This document shows, piece by piece, positions 32,001 to 40,203 of a DNA stretch of 64,000 bases; the stretch's first letter is position 1; each line of letters begins with the position of its first letter. This stretch comes from a virus. Lineage: Duplodnaviria > Heunggongvirae > Uroviricota > Caudoviricetes. A program made the position numbers and the translations under genes. Below the pieces are notes generated by a model. The model ran no database searches. It had not been told where the DNA came from and was given only the letters and a program-made list of their open reading frames with translations. The DNA is taken from positions 1-64,000 of IMG/VR virus record IMGVR_UViG_3300021431_002946; one strand, 5' to 3'.

Positions 32001-32326
32001 ATCCAGGTTGTTTTGATGACCCTAATCATACTTTCATTGACCCTTATATGAAGTCTGGTCTTTATATTACTGAAATTGTCACTAGACTTTTCAATAATGA
32101 AAATATAAAGAAAGCTTATCCTAATGATGAAGAAAGACTAAAACATATCTTTGAAAAACAAGTATATGGTTTAGCTCCTACTGAGATTCTTTACAAAATA
32201 ACAACTAACTTCATATTTGGTTTTGATAAAGACAATAAATATGATAGAAGTCATTTTGTTCAGTTAGACGCTAATGAATATGTTGGTGGTAAACTACAAG
32301 AAAAATTGGATGAAATTTTTAAGTAA
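29075..32326 (+). CDS. Restriction endonuclease/SF2 helicase with an N-terminal GIY-YIG-like (T5orf172) domain and a C-terminal MTase N-half
   Basis: IYCY...KIGYTDR...EYF; NAKPRFGKT, IIDESHEG, LSGTP, YIQATFRAQ; C-terminal QIFTPKK, FIDPYMKSGLY, VYGLAP. Confidence 0.8.
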   Translation: MNIQKNSIIRPTIYCYTTPNDKEHEGWCKIGYTDRDTAEHCVYKQTRRSDTQAKLEWESQAVFENGSYQTFMDHDFHKYLIACGIERKESVYEGKKAPEYFKITPEKARELLFQFKSLVEPAKAISKDYVLREEQDKAVNLTMDVMSKEGRHEVLLNAKPRFGKTLTVYNYCQRENFKRILIVTNRPVIATSWYNDYVKFLNTDKYRFVSNCAEVKDRQYCISREEWEKTNQADYSLIEFISLQDLKGSKYFGGQFNKLKEISDINWNILIIDESHEGVETFKSEIAFKHIKRDRTIYLSGTPFKQVAGDKFEKGSIFNWTYADEQEKKHCWDYDIDDVNPYEELPQMNLFTYRLTDMFKKPTDMDAADVDKYFDLNEFFECNGSSFVNSADIDIFLDKLANDPRYPFANKEFDGLINHSLWLLDRVNSAKALARKLKEHPKFSQYKIVIAAGDGKIDDAEKVDKSFNKVVDAIAKYEKTITLSVGQLTTGVTIPEWSAVFMLCNVKSPSLYIQATFRAQNPCKTRLGDGSYVQKDNAYVFDFDPARTLDVMDQYANNLYTDTADGKGTEAQRLENIERLIKYFPIYGESETGEVIAYNATDVVTIPSKIKAVEIVKHGFMSNLLFQNIGRLFNDSHALEILGNVKSQAQYRLTTQPKYNEDGSTEIEDEDKIDEQAETLLEEVKNDSLQNDQNEFQETTNKQVIDFMATVRADAREESEKREKAHSAYIEERVDNAKKVVTTALDKSGSTIYNKAKIERDVTDGLKEKLTESQINYDIECAKRKEEYDRAMSQATSKEEMKDLTAKQAQADADAELEHMFEMKLIENNFNRSIISDTIKESKETLQAKENKKAENEFAYPKLRAFSRAIPSFLMAYGDETTTCKTLARVINSEMFKEMTGIDLADYVYFIDKEYFNEAVFNSSIKEFLNLKDKLSNYFEDTDEDIFDYIPPQKTNQIFTPKKTVKMMVDFLEQNDPGCFDDPNHTFIDPYMKSGLYITEIVTRLFNNENIKKAYPNDEERLKHIFEKQVYGLAPTEILYKITTNFIFGFDKDNKYDRSHFVQLDANEYVGGKLQEKLDEIFK

Positions 32327-32343
32327 TGTAAAAGGAGAATGAT

Positions 32344-32814
32344 ATGGATTTATTTTATTTAAGCAAAGGTGGTCCTTATGGAGATCCTATAGCTGAAATT
32401 TGTGAATATAAAAATGGCTATCTCTTAAAATGCTTTGGACCAGAAGAAATTTGCTTATCATTTGACTATATCTCTAAAAAAGATGGAGATGAGTTAATTA
32501 AATATAAAGATAATCCTGATAAAGCATTTGATGAATGCGGAGCAGAAGAAGTCTTTAGACATAATTATATCAGGCTTAAAGAATACGTTGGATATAATGA
32601 TATTATTCAAGCTATCGTTTCTATTCATGGAGATGACATAGCTAAATTTATGAACCAAGTTGCACTTAAAATGAATATGGATGACTTCTTTGATTTTATG
32701 GAAGAAGATCTTGAAAAAGACTTTGATGATGTAGATGACTTTATGAAAGAAATTAAAGAAAAATCTACTTTCTTTGAACAGTGTAATATGTATGACTGGT
32801 ATAAACACGCTTAA
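32344..32814 (+). CDS. Acidic hypothetical protein
   Basis: ORF with AAGGAG RBS. Confidence 0.6.
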   Translation: MDLFYLSKGGPYGDPIAEICEYKNGYLLKCFGPEEICLSFDYISKKDGDELIKYKDNPDKAFDECGAEEVFRHNYIRLKEYVGYNDIIQAIVSIHGDDIAKFMNQVALKMNMDDFFDFMEEDLEKDFDDVDDFMKEIKEKSTFFEQCNMYDWYKHA

Positions 32815-32834
32815 ATAAAAGTAAATAATGTAAA

Positions 32835-32865
32835 AGGCTAGATATAAAAGTCTAGTCTTTATTTT
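32835..32865 (+). terminator. Probable intrinsic terminator
   Basis: AAGGCTAGA-TATAAAAG-TCTAGTCTT followed by a T-rich tract. Confidence 0.5.
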
Positions 32866-32877
32866 AAAGGAGAATAT

Positions 32878-33318
32878 ATGATTAATGAGATTGACTTAAT
32901 GCTTAATTTTACTAACGAGAAATATCAAAAAGAATTTGATGAAAAAGTTAGAAAAGAACAAATAATGACTATGTCAGATCATTTTTATCAAAAAAGTAGA
33001 GATCTAGGTACAATTAGATATTTCTTTGGAGGCTATAGAGATGGAGTAGATTGGGATGGTCACTATAAAATAAATGTTTTCTTTAGTGAAGAAAATTCTA
33101 TAGGTTTATCTATTTTTAAGCCTATAAGTAGATTAATGAATACTAAAAAATTCTATGATCAGTTTAAGAAAGATCTTAGAGAATACATTGAATTTTTAAA
33201 TAAAAATTGTAAAGAATTTAAAGAATTAGGAGATGAACCTGTATTTAGTACCAAAAATATAGAAAAAATAGTTCAATCTGCAGAATACTCAGAGGGTCAT
33301 AGAAAAGTATTTGAATGA
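32878..33318 (+). CDS. Hypothetical protein
   Basis: ORF with AAGGAG RBS. Confidence 0.6.
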   Translation: MINEIDLMLNFTNEKYQKEFDEKVRKEQIMTMSDHFYQKSRDLGTIRYFFGGYRDGVDWDGHYKINVFFSEENSIGLSIFKPISRLMNTKKFYDQFKKDLREYIEFLNKNCKEFKELGDEPVFSTKNIEKIVQSAEYSEGHRKVFE

Positions 33319-33345
33319 GGGTGTAATTATTACTAAATTAGTTCA

Positions 33346-33373
33346 ATTGTCTCCATACATACGGAGGTTATTT
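33346..33373 (+). CRISPR. Solitary CRISPR repeat unit
   Basis: ATTGT-CTCCAT-ACAT-ACGGAG-GTTATTT, 26/28 identical to the array repeat at 35968. Confidence 0.7.
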
Positions 33374-33405
33374 TTAAAAAACTTAAAATGAAAGGAATTA
33401 CTTAA

Positions 33406-34434
33406 ATGTTTTCTACATTTTTAAATATAGGTCTTATCTTATCTATAGGGCTTTTAGTTTTATTTTGTAAAACTAAGAAACCATTATATTGGAATTTATT
33501 TTTAAGTTTAATTATTTGTAGATTAGTTACAACTAATTTTTTATATGCTCGTCTTGTCTCAGACGATACTGTTAATAATAATAGAGATGCTGTAATGATG
33601 ATAGGTGCAACAGCCATAACCTATATTTCTTCTATAATTTTACTTATAATTGGTATTACAAAAAAGAAAGAATATAAAGTTAGTGCTAAGTTAGACAGAA
33701 ATTTTTTCTTGATGTCTGCTGGTTATATTTTAATTGGATCAATGCTTTTCTTTATTATCCCAGGTATTTCTACAGCCATTATAATTAAAAGAATACCTAA
33801 AAATATTACAGATTATTTTGAAAAAACCTTTAATGATTATTCTGTAGAAGTAGTAAGTATTGACAAAAATTTTCCTTCTTATGATAGTTATGAAGTAACA
33901 ATCAAGACTGATTTAGTAGATAATGATTGTAGAGTTTATACAGACTTAGATGGTAATATGTCTCATTTAGAACATAACTTTCTTGCTAAATATTTTTATA
34001 AAAAGTATGGCTATACCAAGACTTATGACGTAGAGTATAAAGCTGCAGATGGATCTTATATGATATATATGAATATATATTCATATGATTTAGATCATAT
34101 ACCAACTTTAAATGAAGTAATTGAAAATGGTGATGTATATTTAAACATATACATAGATGAAGATACTGCATTAGAATATGATAATTATGATCGAATCAAA
34201 TTTATCGCAGAGACATCCATCAAAGCTTTAAATAATATGGAAATTACTAAAGATTTTAGTTTTAAGTTCATAGGATTGGGGACTTTTGAATATAAAGTTA
34301 CTAAAAAGAATAATACTTTAACAATAAAAGGTTATGATTTTGACACAGATGATTTAGATCAAGATTATGAATATAAGACTTATGTTTATAATATAGACAC
34401 AAAAAATATAGTAGAAATAGAAGAAGGAGAATAA
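33406..34434 (+). CDS. Membrane protein (about 4 N-terminal TM segments) with a soluble C-terminal domain
   Basis: Hydropathy pattern of the translation; AAGGA RBS. Confidence 0.6.
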   Translation: MFSTFLNIGLILSIGLLVLFCKTKKPLYWNLFLSLIICRLVTTNFLYARLVSDDTVNNNRDAVMMIGATAITYISSIILLIIGITKKKEYKVSAKLDRNFFLMSAGYILIGSMLFFIIPGISTAIIIKRIPKNITDYFEKTFNDYSVEVVSIDKNFPSYDSYEVTIKTDLVDNDCRVYTDLDGNMSHLEHNFLAKYFYKKYGYTKTYDVEYKAADGSYMIYMNIYSYDLDHIPTLNEVIENGDVYLNIYIDEDTALEYDNYDRIKFIAETSIKALNNMEITKDFSFKFIGLGTFEYKVTKKNNTLTIKGYDFDTDDLDQDYEYKTYVYNIDTKNIVEIEEGE

Positions 34435-34439
34435 AAAAT

Positions 34440-34799
34440 ATGAAAATTAATGAATTAGTAAAACTTTTAGAAAATCGTATGGAACATCCTGATAATGATA
34501 TAGTTGCTATTATAGATGGTGGTTTTATGTGTGTAGGCTATGGTGGAGAATATAAAGTACCTATTCCTGAATTAGGAAATTCTAAAATACTAGAGCCATT
34601 CTATGAAAAATATCCTGGTCGTAAAGTGCGCCATATAGAAACATTTTATGGACATCTTGTTCTTACTGTAGATATTCCTCACCCTTATAAAGACACTTCA
34701 TTTGATTATAGCTTTATAGTAATTGATAAAGATGGAAATGTAAGTAAACCTCTTAATGAGTGGTCTGATGTTCAAAAAGAAACTGGTTATTGGCGATAA
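34440..34799 (+). CDS. Hypothetical protein
   Basis: ORF with AAGGAG RBS. Confidence 0.6.
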   Translation: MKINELVKLLENRMEHPDNDIVAIIDGGFMCVGYGGEYKVPIPELGNSKILEPFYEKYPGRKVRHIETFYGHLVLTVDIPHPYKDTSFDYSFIVIDKDGNVSKPLNEWSDVQKETGYWR

Positions 34800-34957
34800 G
34801 AAAAATAAATTATAAGAAATAAATTTGTGTTACTTGATCTAGGCTATTTCAAGAACTAGCAAGCATGTTGAAATATAGAAAATATAGTAGACAACTTATT
34901 GAAATTTTTTGTATAGAATTTAAACAAAATGATATTTACAAACGAAAGGAAGATAAA

Positions 34958-35674
34958 GTGAAAAAGACAATAAAAAATATTAATGGTGGTACTGAATTAA
35001 AACATGTAATTGGTCCGTTATATATTAAAAAAACATTAAAACATTTTAATTTTCCTGATGGTGACACAATTAAAAGAATACTTATTAGTATATTTATTAT
35101 AGTAATTGGTATAGGTGTTATTATTGAAATGTTGTCTTTTAATAATAAAGATATTGATACTTTAGTACATAATAAATATTCTAATTGTGTAATTAATAAA
35201 ACAGGATATGAATATACTGATTGGTCTAGTAGTGTAAGAATAACAGATGATATTAATAAGGCAGAAATAGCAAAAGTACACATAACTACAGATACTGAAG
35301 AAAGAGTATTATACTTTGAAAAAAAATCTTCTTTATTAAATAATTTAATTTTCCATAAAATAGCATTTAAGGAAATAGGAGATTATCCTAAATATTGTAT
35401 ACCAGAGAAATATGTTGAAACTGCACAAAATGTATATTGGGAAGACATCATATTTAAAGTAAATTCAGAGGGTACATTTGCATATAATTATAAAGATAAT
35501 ACTGGATGGGAAAAAGTTGACACTTTTAATTTTTCTTATCCAGAAATGTGTTTCCATAATGATTATTATGCTGGACAATCATATATATTTATATCTAAAG
35601 AAGAAGCTTATAAAAAAATTCAAAAATTAATTGAGGAAAACGCTAAAGACACTTTTGATAAAGGTGTAGAATAA
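34958..35674 (+). CDS. Bitopic membrane protein
   Basis: Likely GTG start at 34958 after AAGGA; one TM segment (ILISIFIIVIGIGVII). Confidence 0.55.
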   Translation: MKKTIKNINGGTELKHVIGPLYIKKTLKHFNFPDGDTIKRILISIFIIVIGIGVIIEMLSFNNKDIDTLVHNKYSNCVINKTGYEYTDWSSSVRITDDINKAEIAKVHITTDTEERVLYFEKKSSLLNNLIFHKIAFKEIGDYPKYCIPEKYVETAQNVYWEDIIFKVNSEGTFAYNYKDNTGWEKVDTFNFSYPEMCFHNDYYAGQSYIFISKEEAYKKIQKLIEENAKDTFDKGVE

Positions 35675-35693
35675 CTATAAAGGAGAATAAATT

Positions 35694-35837
35694 ATGAAAA
35701 TGTTAAAAGATGCAATCTATGAATATGACACAGTAATGTGTAGTACATATGATGATAGTGACTCATATAGTTCTGAAGGTTCAGATGATTATACAGGTGG
35801 TCCTGATGGTACTGATACTAGTGGTGGAAGAGACTAG
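35694..35837 (+). CDS. Unannotated 47-aa peptide, putative orphan RiPP precursor
   Basis: AAGGAG RBS; MKMLKDAIYEYDTVMCSTYDDSDSYSSEGSDDYTGGPDGTDTSGGRD; shares leader, CX3D, YTGG and GTD with the precursors at 40.2-40.7 kb. Confidence 0.6.
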   Translation: MKMLKDAIYEYDTVMCSTYDDSDSYSSEGSDDYTGGPDGTDTSGGRD

Positions 35838-35845
35838 GATTAATA

Positions 35846-36113
35846 ATTATCTCTGTGCATACGGAGGTTATTCCAATTGGCTGCATAATCTCGGATGCTT
35901 GTCATAATTGTCTCCGTACACACGGAGGTTATTCCAAGCTCTTACTGGACGTAAGATAAGTGAAGAAATTGTCTCCATACACACGGAGGTTATTCTCATG
36001 GAAATAGCAAAACAAATTTTAATTGTATATTGTCTCCATGCATACGGAGGTTATTCTAAGTACCTTAAAGGTCTTATTCAAAGGGTACATTTTCTTATAT
36101 ATAGAAGGTTAAT
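35846..36113 (+). CRISPR. CRISPR array, type I-E-like: 4 clear 28-nt repeats plus 1 degenerate, 33-nt spacers, period 61
   Basis: Repeats at 35846, 35907 (ATTGTCTCCGTACACACGGAGGTTATTC), 35968 and 36029, degenerate copy at about 36089; spacers are unique. Confidence 0.9.
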
Positions 36114-37263
36114 AATTATTTAAGATCTTTGCTGATATAGGATTACGTTTTAACTTTCTTAAAGCGATATGCTCAATTCGATTAATTCTTTCTTTAGATA
36201 TATTTAGCATGCTTCCAATCTGCTTTACTGTTTTTGGAACACCATCATAGAGACCATATCTATGTCTAATTATTATTGCTTCTTTATTTGTCAGTACTTT
36301 ATCAATTGCACTATTTAAATCAATTCTAAGTTGTGATCTTTCTGCTAACTTTTCAGCAGAATCTACACCAGCAGGAATGAAATCAATAATTTCATCATCG
36401 TCATCTTCATTGACTGATTTAGATAAAGACACTAGATTAGAATTATCCCAATAGTTTAGTATAGTTTCTATGTCTTTAGCTGTATAGTTCTTTTTTACAT
36501 TATATAGTATTTTATTATCATTGCAGTATTTAGCAATCATTTCATATGTAGGCTCTATACCATTATTATTATCTGCGTATGCTTTAATATATTTTTTTAC
36601 AAGCATAGCAATTTCAACTATATAGACTGGTAATCTAATGGTTCTAAAATTATTAGAGATTGCTCTTAAAATACCTTGTCTAATCCACCAAGTAGCATAA
36701 GTACTAAATCTACTAATATTTGGATTAAATTTATCGACTGCCTTTATTAAGCCAATATTGCCTTCTTGAATTAGATCATCAATAGACATTGCTCCACTAG
36801 TATATAAAGCATATTTCTTTGCAATAACAACAACCAATCCTAAATTATGCTCTACTAATTCATTAAGAGCATCTTTGTCTCCTTGTTGAGCTTTAAGAGC
36901 TAGTTCAGTTTCTCTTTCTTTAGAAAGAGTTGAAGCGTCGATATTATCTAAATCTTTAAGATATGCAGATAAATTAGAATAGAATGAAGTTTCTTTATCA
37001 ACATCTTCATCAATAACATTGTTAATAAATTCATCAAATATATCAGCATTAATTTCTTCTGTCTGTGTACTAGACTTAACAGAAGATTTATTTAATATTA
37101 CTATATCAAGAGACTTTAAATAGTTGATCGCATTATTTAACTGACCATCAGTTCTAAATTCTTTATTGGTCCACAATAAAGTCTTAAGATCATCTAAAAA
37201 AATTTCTTTTTTAGGTAAATTTTTTACAATGTTGTCTAGTCTCTTTTTTAGTCGATTATTCAT
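36109..37263 (-). CDS. Element-encoded RpoD/SigA-like sigma70 factor
   Basis: LSAYLKDL, LSKERETELA, LVEHNLGLVVVIAKKY, DLIQEGNIGLIKAVDKF, RFSTYATWWIRQGI, RTIRLPVY, region 4 ISKERINRIEHIALRKLK. Confidence 0.9.
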   Translation of the reverse strand: MNNRLKKRLDNIVKNLPKKEIFLDDLKTLLWTNKEFRTDGQLNNAINYLKSLDIVILNKSSVKSSTQTEEINADIFDEFINNVIDEDVDKETSFYSNLSAYLKDLDNIDASTLSKERETELALKAQQGDKDALNELVEHNLGLVVVIAKKYALYTSGAMSIDDLIQEGNIGLIKAVDKFNPNISRFSTYATWWIRQGILRAISNNFRTIRLPVYIVEIAMLVKKYIKAYADNNNGIEPTYEMIAKYCNDNKILYNVKKNYTAKDIETILNYWDNSNLVSLSKSVNEDDDDEIIDFIPAGVDSAEKLAERSQLRIDLNSAIDKVLTNKEAIIIRHRYGLYDGVPKTVKQIGSMLNISKERINRIEHIALRKLKRNPISAKILNNY

Positions 37264-37283
37264 GTTAAAACCTTTTTATTTTT

Positions 37284-37312
37284 ATTATATAATAAAAATA
37301 TTTTTTAGTAAA
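37284..37312 (-). promoter_or_regulatory. Host SigA-type promoter for the sigma factor gene
   Basis: Minus strand TTTACT-17 nt-TATAAT. Confidence 0.55.
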
Positions 37313-37316
37313 ATAA

Positions 37317-37582
37317 ATATTTTCAATTTTGGAGGTTTTTCTTTGACTGAGGGAAAGTGTTTTACGCGGTAATTATTATCTCTATATTTTTTGGAGGTTA
37401 TTCGATCCCATTCTCAGAATCATAATAAAGCTCACAATTATCTCCATATTTTGGAGGTTTTTCTTAGCGATCTAGACAGTTGAACTACTCGCAAGTATTT
37501 TCCAAATTTTTGGAAGTCATTCAAGCATATTGCCACCAACAAAAATTGATATAAATTACTTCCATTTTAGTGGAAGATAAAT
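37317..37582 (+). CRISPR. Degenerate CRISPR array, 5 repeats, spacers of 33, 33, 31 and 32 nt
   Basis: Repeats at about 37317, 37375, 37437, 37495 (GTATT-TTCCAA-ATTT-TTGGAA-GTCATTC) and 37555; about 60-nt period. Confidence 0.75.
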
Positions 37583-37639
37583 TTTTAAAGAAGGAATATT
37601 TAATATAAATAATAATAAAAAATTGAAAGGACGCAAAAA

Positions 37640-38728
37640 ATGTCAAAAAATATATTACAAGTAGTTAAAGATTTAACAAAAACTCAAAAAGATATTTCAA
37701 ATATGTTACCAATTATTGCAAAATATGACTCTGCCACAGATACACTTTGGAATTTTATACCTTTAGGTATGGCAATAGACTCAAATGAGGTTATAAAACC
37801 TATTGGTTGGTATTTAAATGACCAAAACATAAGTGAAGATTATATTGATACAGTACCAAGTACAACGTTACTTTTAGTTGGTGGAAAAGGATCTGGTAAA
37901 AATGTAGTCCAAGATTTAATTATTCAACATGTAAATGAATTTGCATCTAGAATGCAATTAATTGGTGTTGATCTTGATCGCACTGAATTTATTGGTCCTA
38001 ATATTCTTAATAGATTTAGTGGTGGTGTATTAAATGATATTAACTCAATTGCTGAATCATTAGATAAATTACAAGCACTCATGATGACTAGATTTAAGTT
38101 AATGCTAAAAGCACAAGTTAATAATATTTATAAAGTTGATGCAACTAAGATAAAAGTAGATTATTATAATATAGAAGGTATAGGTAAAGTTCAATTTGAT
38201 GAAATATTATCTATAAAAATTAATGATCAATCTTTATCTTTATCTGCTAGAGATTTTTATAATTTATTTATTGATAGTGAAGAAGAAACTATGATTGTTA
38301 ATGATATTAAAATTACTCAAAATGATATTACACAATTTTTCTCAAATTATAAATCTTCAACAATTATATGTATGATTAATGACATTAATATAATTAATAA
38401 TTATGATGATTACAATACAGTTAAATTTATTTATGAAAAAATAGGTTCTATTGCTAGATTAGGTAGAGCATCTGGTATACATCTTATTATTGGTTGTAAA
38501 AGATGTTCAAGATCTACAATTTCAGCTGATTTACAAAATAATATTGGAACACGAGTAGTATTTGGAATATTTGATGATGTTACAAGTAATATAGTATTTG
38601 AACAAGATATTTCTGATTATTGTAGACCTGAAATTAAAGGTAGAGCATTTATTACAGATTGTGGTTCAAATATTTATGAATCACAAACATTATATACTGA
38701 TTTTCAGATTAAAATAACTAGCTTGTAA
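37640..38728 (+). CDS. FtsK/SpoIIIE-family P-loop protein (divergent; TcpA-like)
   Basis: LLVGGKGSGKN, GVDLDRTEF, ARLGRASGIHLIIGCKR, DLQNNIGTRV, IKGRA. Confidence 0.75.
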   Translation: MSKNILQVVKDLTKTQKDISNMLPIIAKYDSATDTLWNFIPLGMAIDSNEVIKPIGWYLNDQNISEDYIDTVPSTTLLLVGGKGSGKNVVQDLIIQHVNEFASRMQLIGVDLDRTEFIGPNILNRFSGGVLNDINSIAESLDKLQALMMTRFKLMLKAQVNNIYKVDATKIKVDYYNIEGIGKVQFDEILSIKINDQSLSLSARDFYNLFIDSEEETMIVNDIKITQNDITQFFSNYKSSTIICMINDINIINNYDDYNTVKFIYEKIGSIARLGRASGIHLIIGCKRCSRSTISADLQNNIGTRVVFGIFDDVTSNIVFEQDISDYCRPEIKGRAFITDCGSNIYESQTLYTDFQIKITSL

Positions 38729-38809
38729 AAAGATATAAAGAGTATAAGAAAACTTATAATATTAATTAAGGTTATTTAAAAGAATTGTTTTATTTATAAG
38801 ATATATAAA

Positions 38810-38898
38810 ATTATCTCCAAATTAATAGAGGTTATTCGGACATATAAAGACACAAATTCGGTGACGATATATTTCTCCATTATAAATGGAGGATTATT
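38810..38898 (+). CRISPR. CRISPR mini-array, 2 repeats and a 32-nt spacer, directly upstream of the radical SAM gene
   Basis: ATTAT-CTCCAA-ATTA-ATAGAG-GTTATTC (38810) and TATTT-CTCCAT-TATAA-ATGGAG-GATTATT (38870); possible extra handle GGTTATTT 32 nt upstream. Confidence 0.65.
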
Positions 38899-38923
38899 TT
38901 TATTAAGAAAGGAAATTAAATAA

Positions 38924-40195
38924 ATGAAGTATAAGACATCAAAATACAATATTATAGTAAAAGAAACTGAAGAAGGAACAATTGTTTATAATTCATACTC
39001 AGGTGGTATAAGTGAATTTGATCCTCAGTCATATCAAGATTTGATTAATGTAAATGAAGATAGTGAATATTTTCAAGAAATGATTAAGCAAGGTTTTCTT
39101 GTACCTGAAGGATTAGATGAGTTTGGTAGAATAATGGATTCGCACCATAAATATATTTTTAATAGTACTCCAGATAAAATGCAATTTACAATTGCTCCAA
39201 CACTTAAGTGTCCTTTGAATTGTTATTATTGTTTTGAAAATACTCATAATGGAAAGATAATGAGTATGGAAACAGCAGAAAAATTAACTAATTACATTAT
39301 AAATTCTATAGATAAAAATGCAAATTGTAAACAAGTACATATTACTTGGTTTGGTGGAGAGCCATTGCTTGCAGTTGATATTATTAAGTATATTGGTACA
39401 AGATTAGTTGAATTTTGTGCTTCTAAAAATATAATGTATACTGGTAAAATGATAACAAACGGAGTTCTTTTTAAGAATGAAGTATTTGATGATCTTATTG
39501 CAAATAAAGTAATGAATAGTATTCAGTTTACTTTAGATGGTAATGAAGAAACTTTCATTAAAACTAAACGTGGAATTCCTGGTATGTTTGAAAAGAATCT
39601 TAATGGTATTAAGTATGCGTCTAAATTTATTGAAACTTATGTTAGAATGAATACTACAAGTAAGAATCAAGAAGAACTTTTAGAAATAGTTGAAGATATT
39701 TTAAAAGATGTAGATACAGATCATAGATTAGTATTTTATGCGATGCCAGTAGTTGATTATGGTATGGATGATGATAATGCTAAAAATGTTATTAATGAAA
39801 CAATGATACATGATTTTAGAGTAAAAGTTGTTGAGTTATTAAAGAAATATGATATGTATAAGTATTATGTATCACATGACATTAGAACTCTTGCTGCATT
39901 CTGTGGTGCAATGAGATTGACAAATATTACCTTTGGTCCTGATGGTGAAATGTATAGATGTGAAAATCTTATTGGAAATGATAAATATATTATTGGTAAC
40001 TTAGAGCAAGGTCAATTCTATAATGAAGCAAATTATGAGCTTCCTATGTGTAAAGTAGAAGATAAATGTAAAGAATGTCCTTTCTTACCTGTATGTTGGG
40101 GTGGATGTCCTGTACATGCTCATATTTATCATCAAGAATTTGACTGTGAAGGATTTAAGAAGAACTTTGCAGATAAATTATTAAATAGAATATGA
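38924..40195 (+). CDS. Radical SAM/SPASM peptide maturase (ranthipeptide/sactipeptide-type) with an N-terminal RRE-like region
   Basis: CPLNCYYC; WFGGEPLL; ITNG; QFTLDG; SPASM CGA...GPDGEMYRCE...CKECPFLPVCWGGCP...C. Confidence 0.9.
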   Translation: MKYKTSKYNIIVKETEEGTIVYNSYSGGISEFDPQSYQDLINVNEDSEYFQEMIKQGFLVPEGLDEFGRIMDSHHKYIFNSTPDKMQFTIAPTLKCPLNCYYCFENTHNGKIMSMETAEKLTNYIINSIDKNANCKQVHITWFGGEPLLAVDIIKYIGTRLVEFCASKNIMYTGKMITNGVLFKNEVFDDLIANKVMNSIQFTLDGNEETFIKTKRGIPGMFEKNLNGIKYASKFIETYVRMNTTSKNQEELLEIVEDILKDVDTDHRLVFYAMPVVDYGMDDDNAKNVINETMIHDFRVKVVELLKKYDMYKYYVSHDIRTLAAFCGAMRLTNITFGPDGEMYRCENLIGNDKYIIGNLEQGQFYNEANYELPMCKVEDKCKECPFLPVCWGGCPVHAHIYHQEFDCEGFKKNFADKLLNRI

Positions 40196-40203
40196 GGTTA
40201 TAT

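Noticed and set aside
35908-36123. 71-aa + strand ORF in the ORF track
   Set aside because: It runs through the CRISPR repeats and spacers and has no RBS; spurious.
37166-37372. 68-aa + strand ORF
   Set aside because: Antisense to the sigma gene and ends inside a CRISPR spacer; spurious.
35874-38869. Self-targeting of the window by CRISPR spacers
   Set aside because: I noticed no protospacer match elsewhere in the window by eye (apart from the 22084/37342 spacer pair); not exhaustive, needs alignment.
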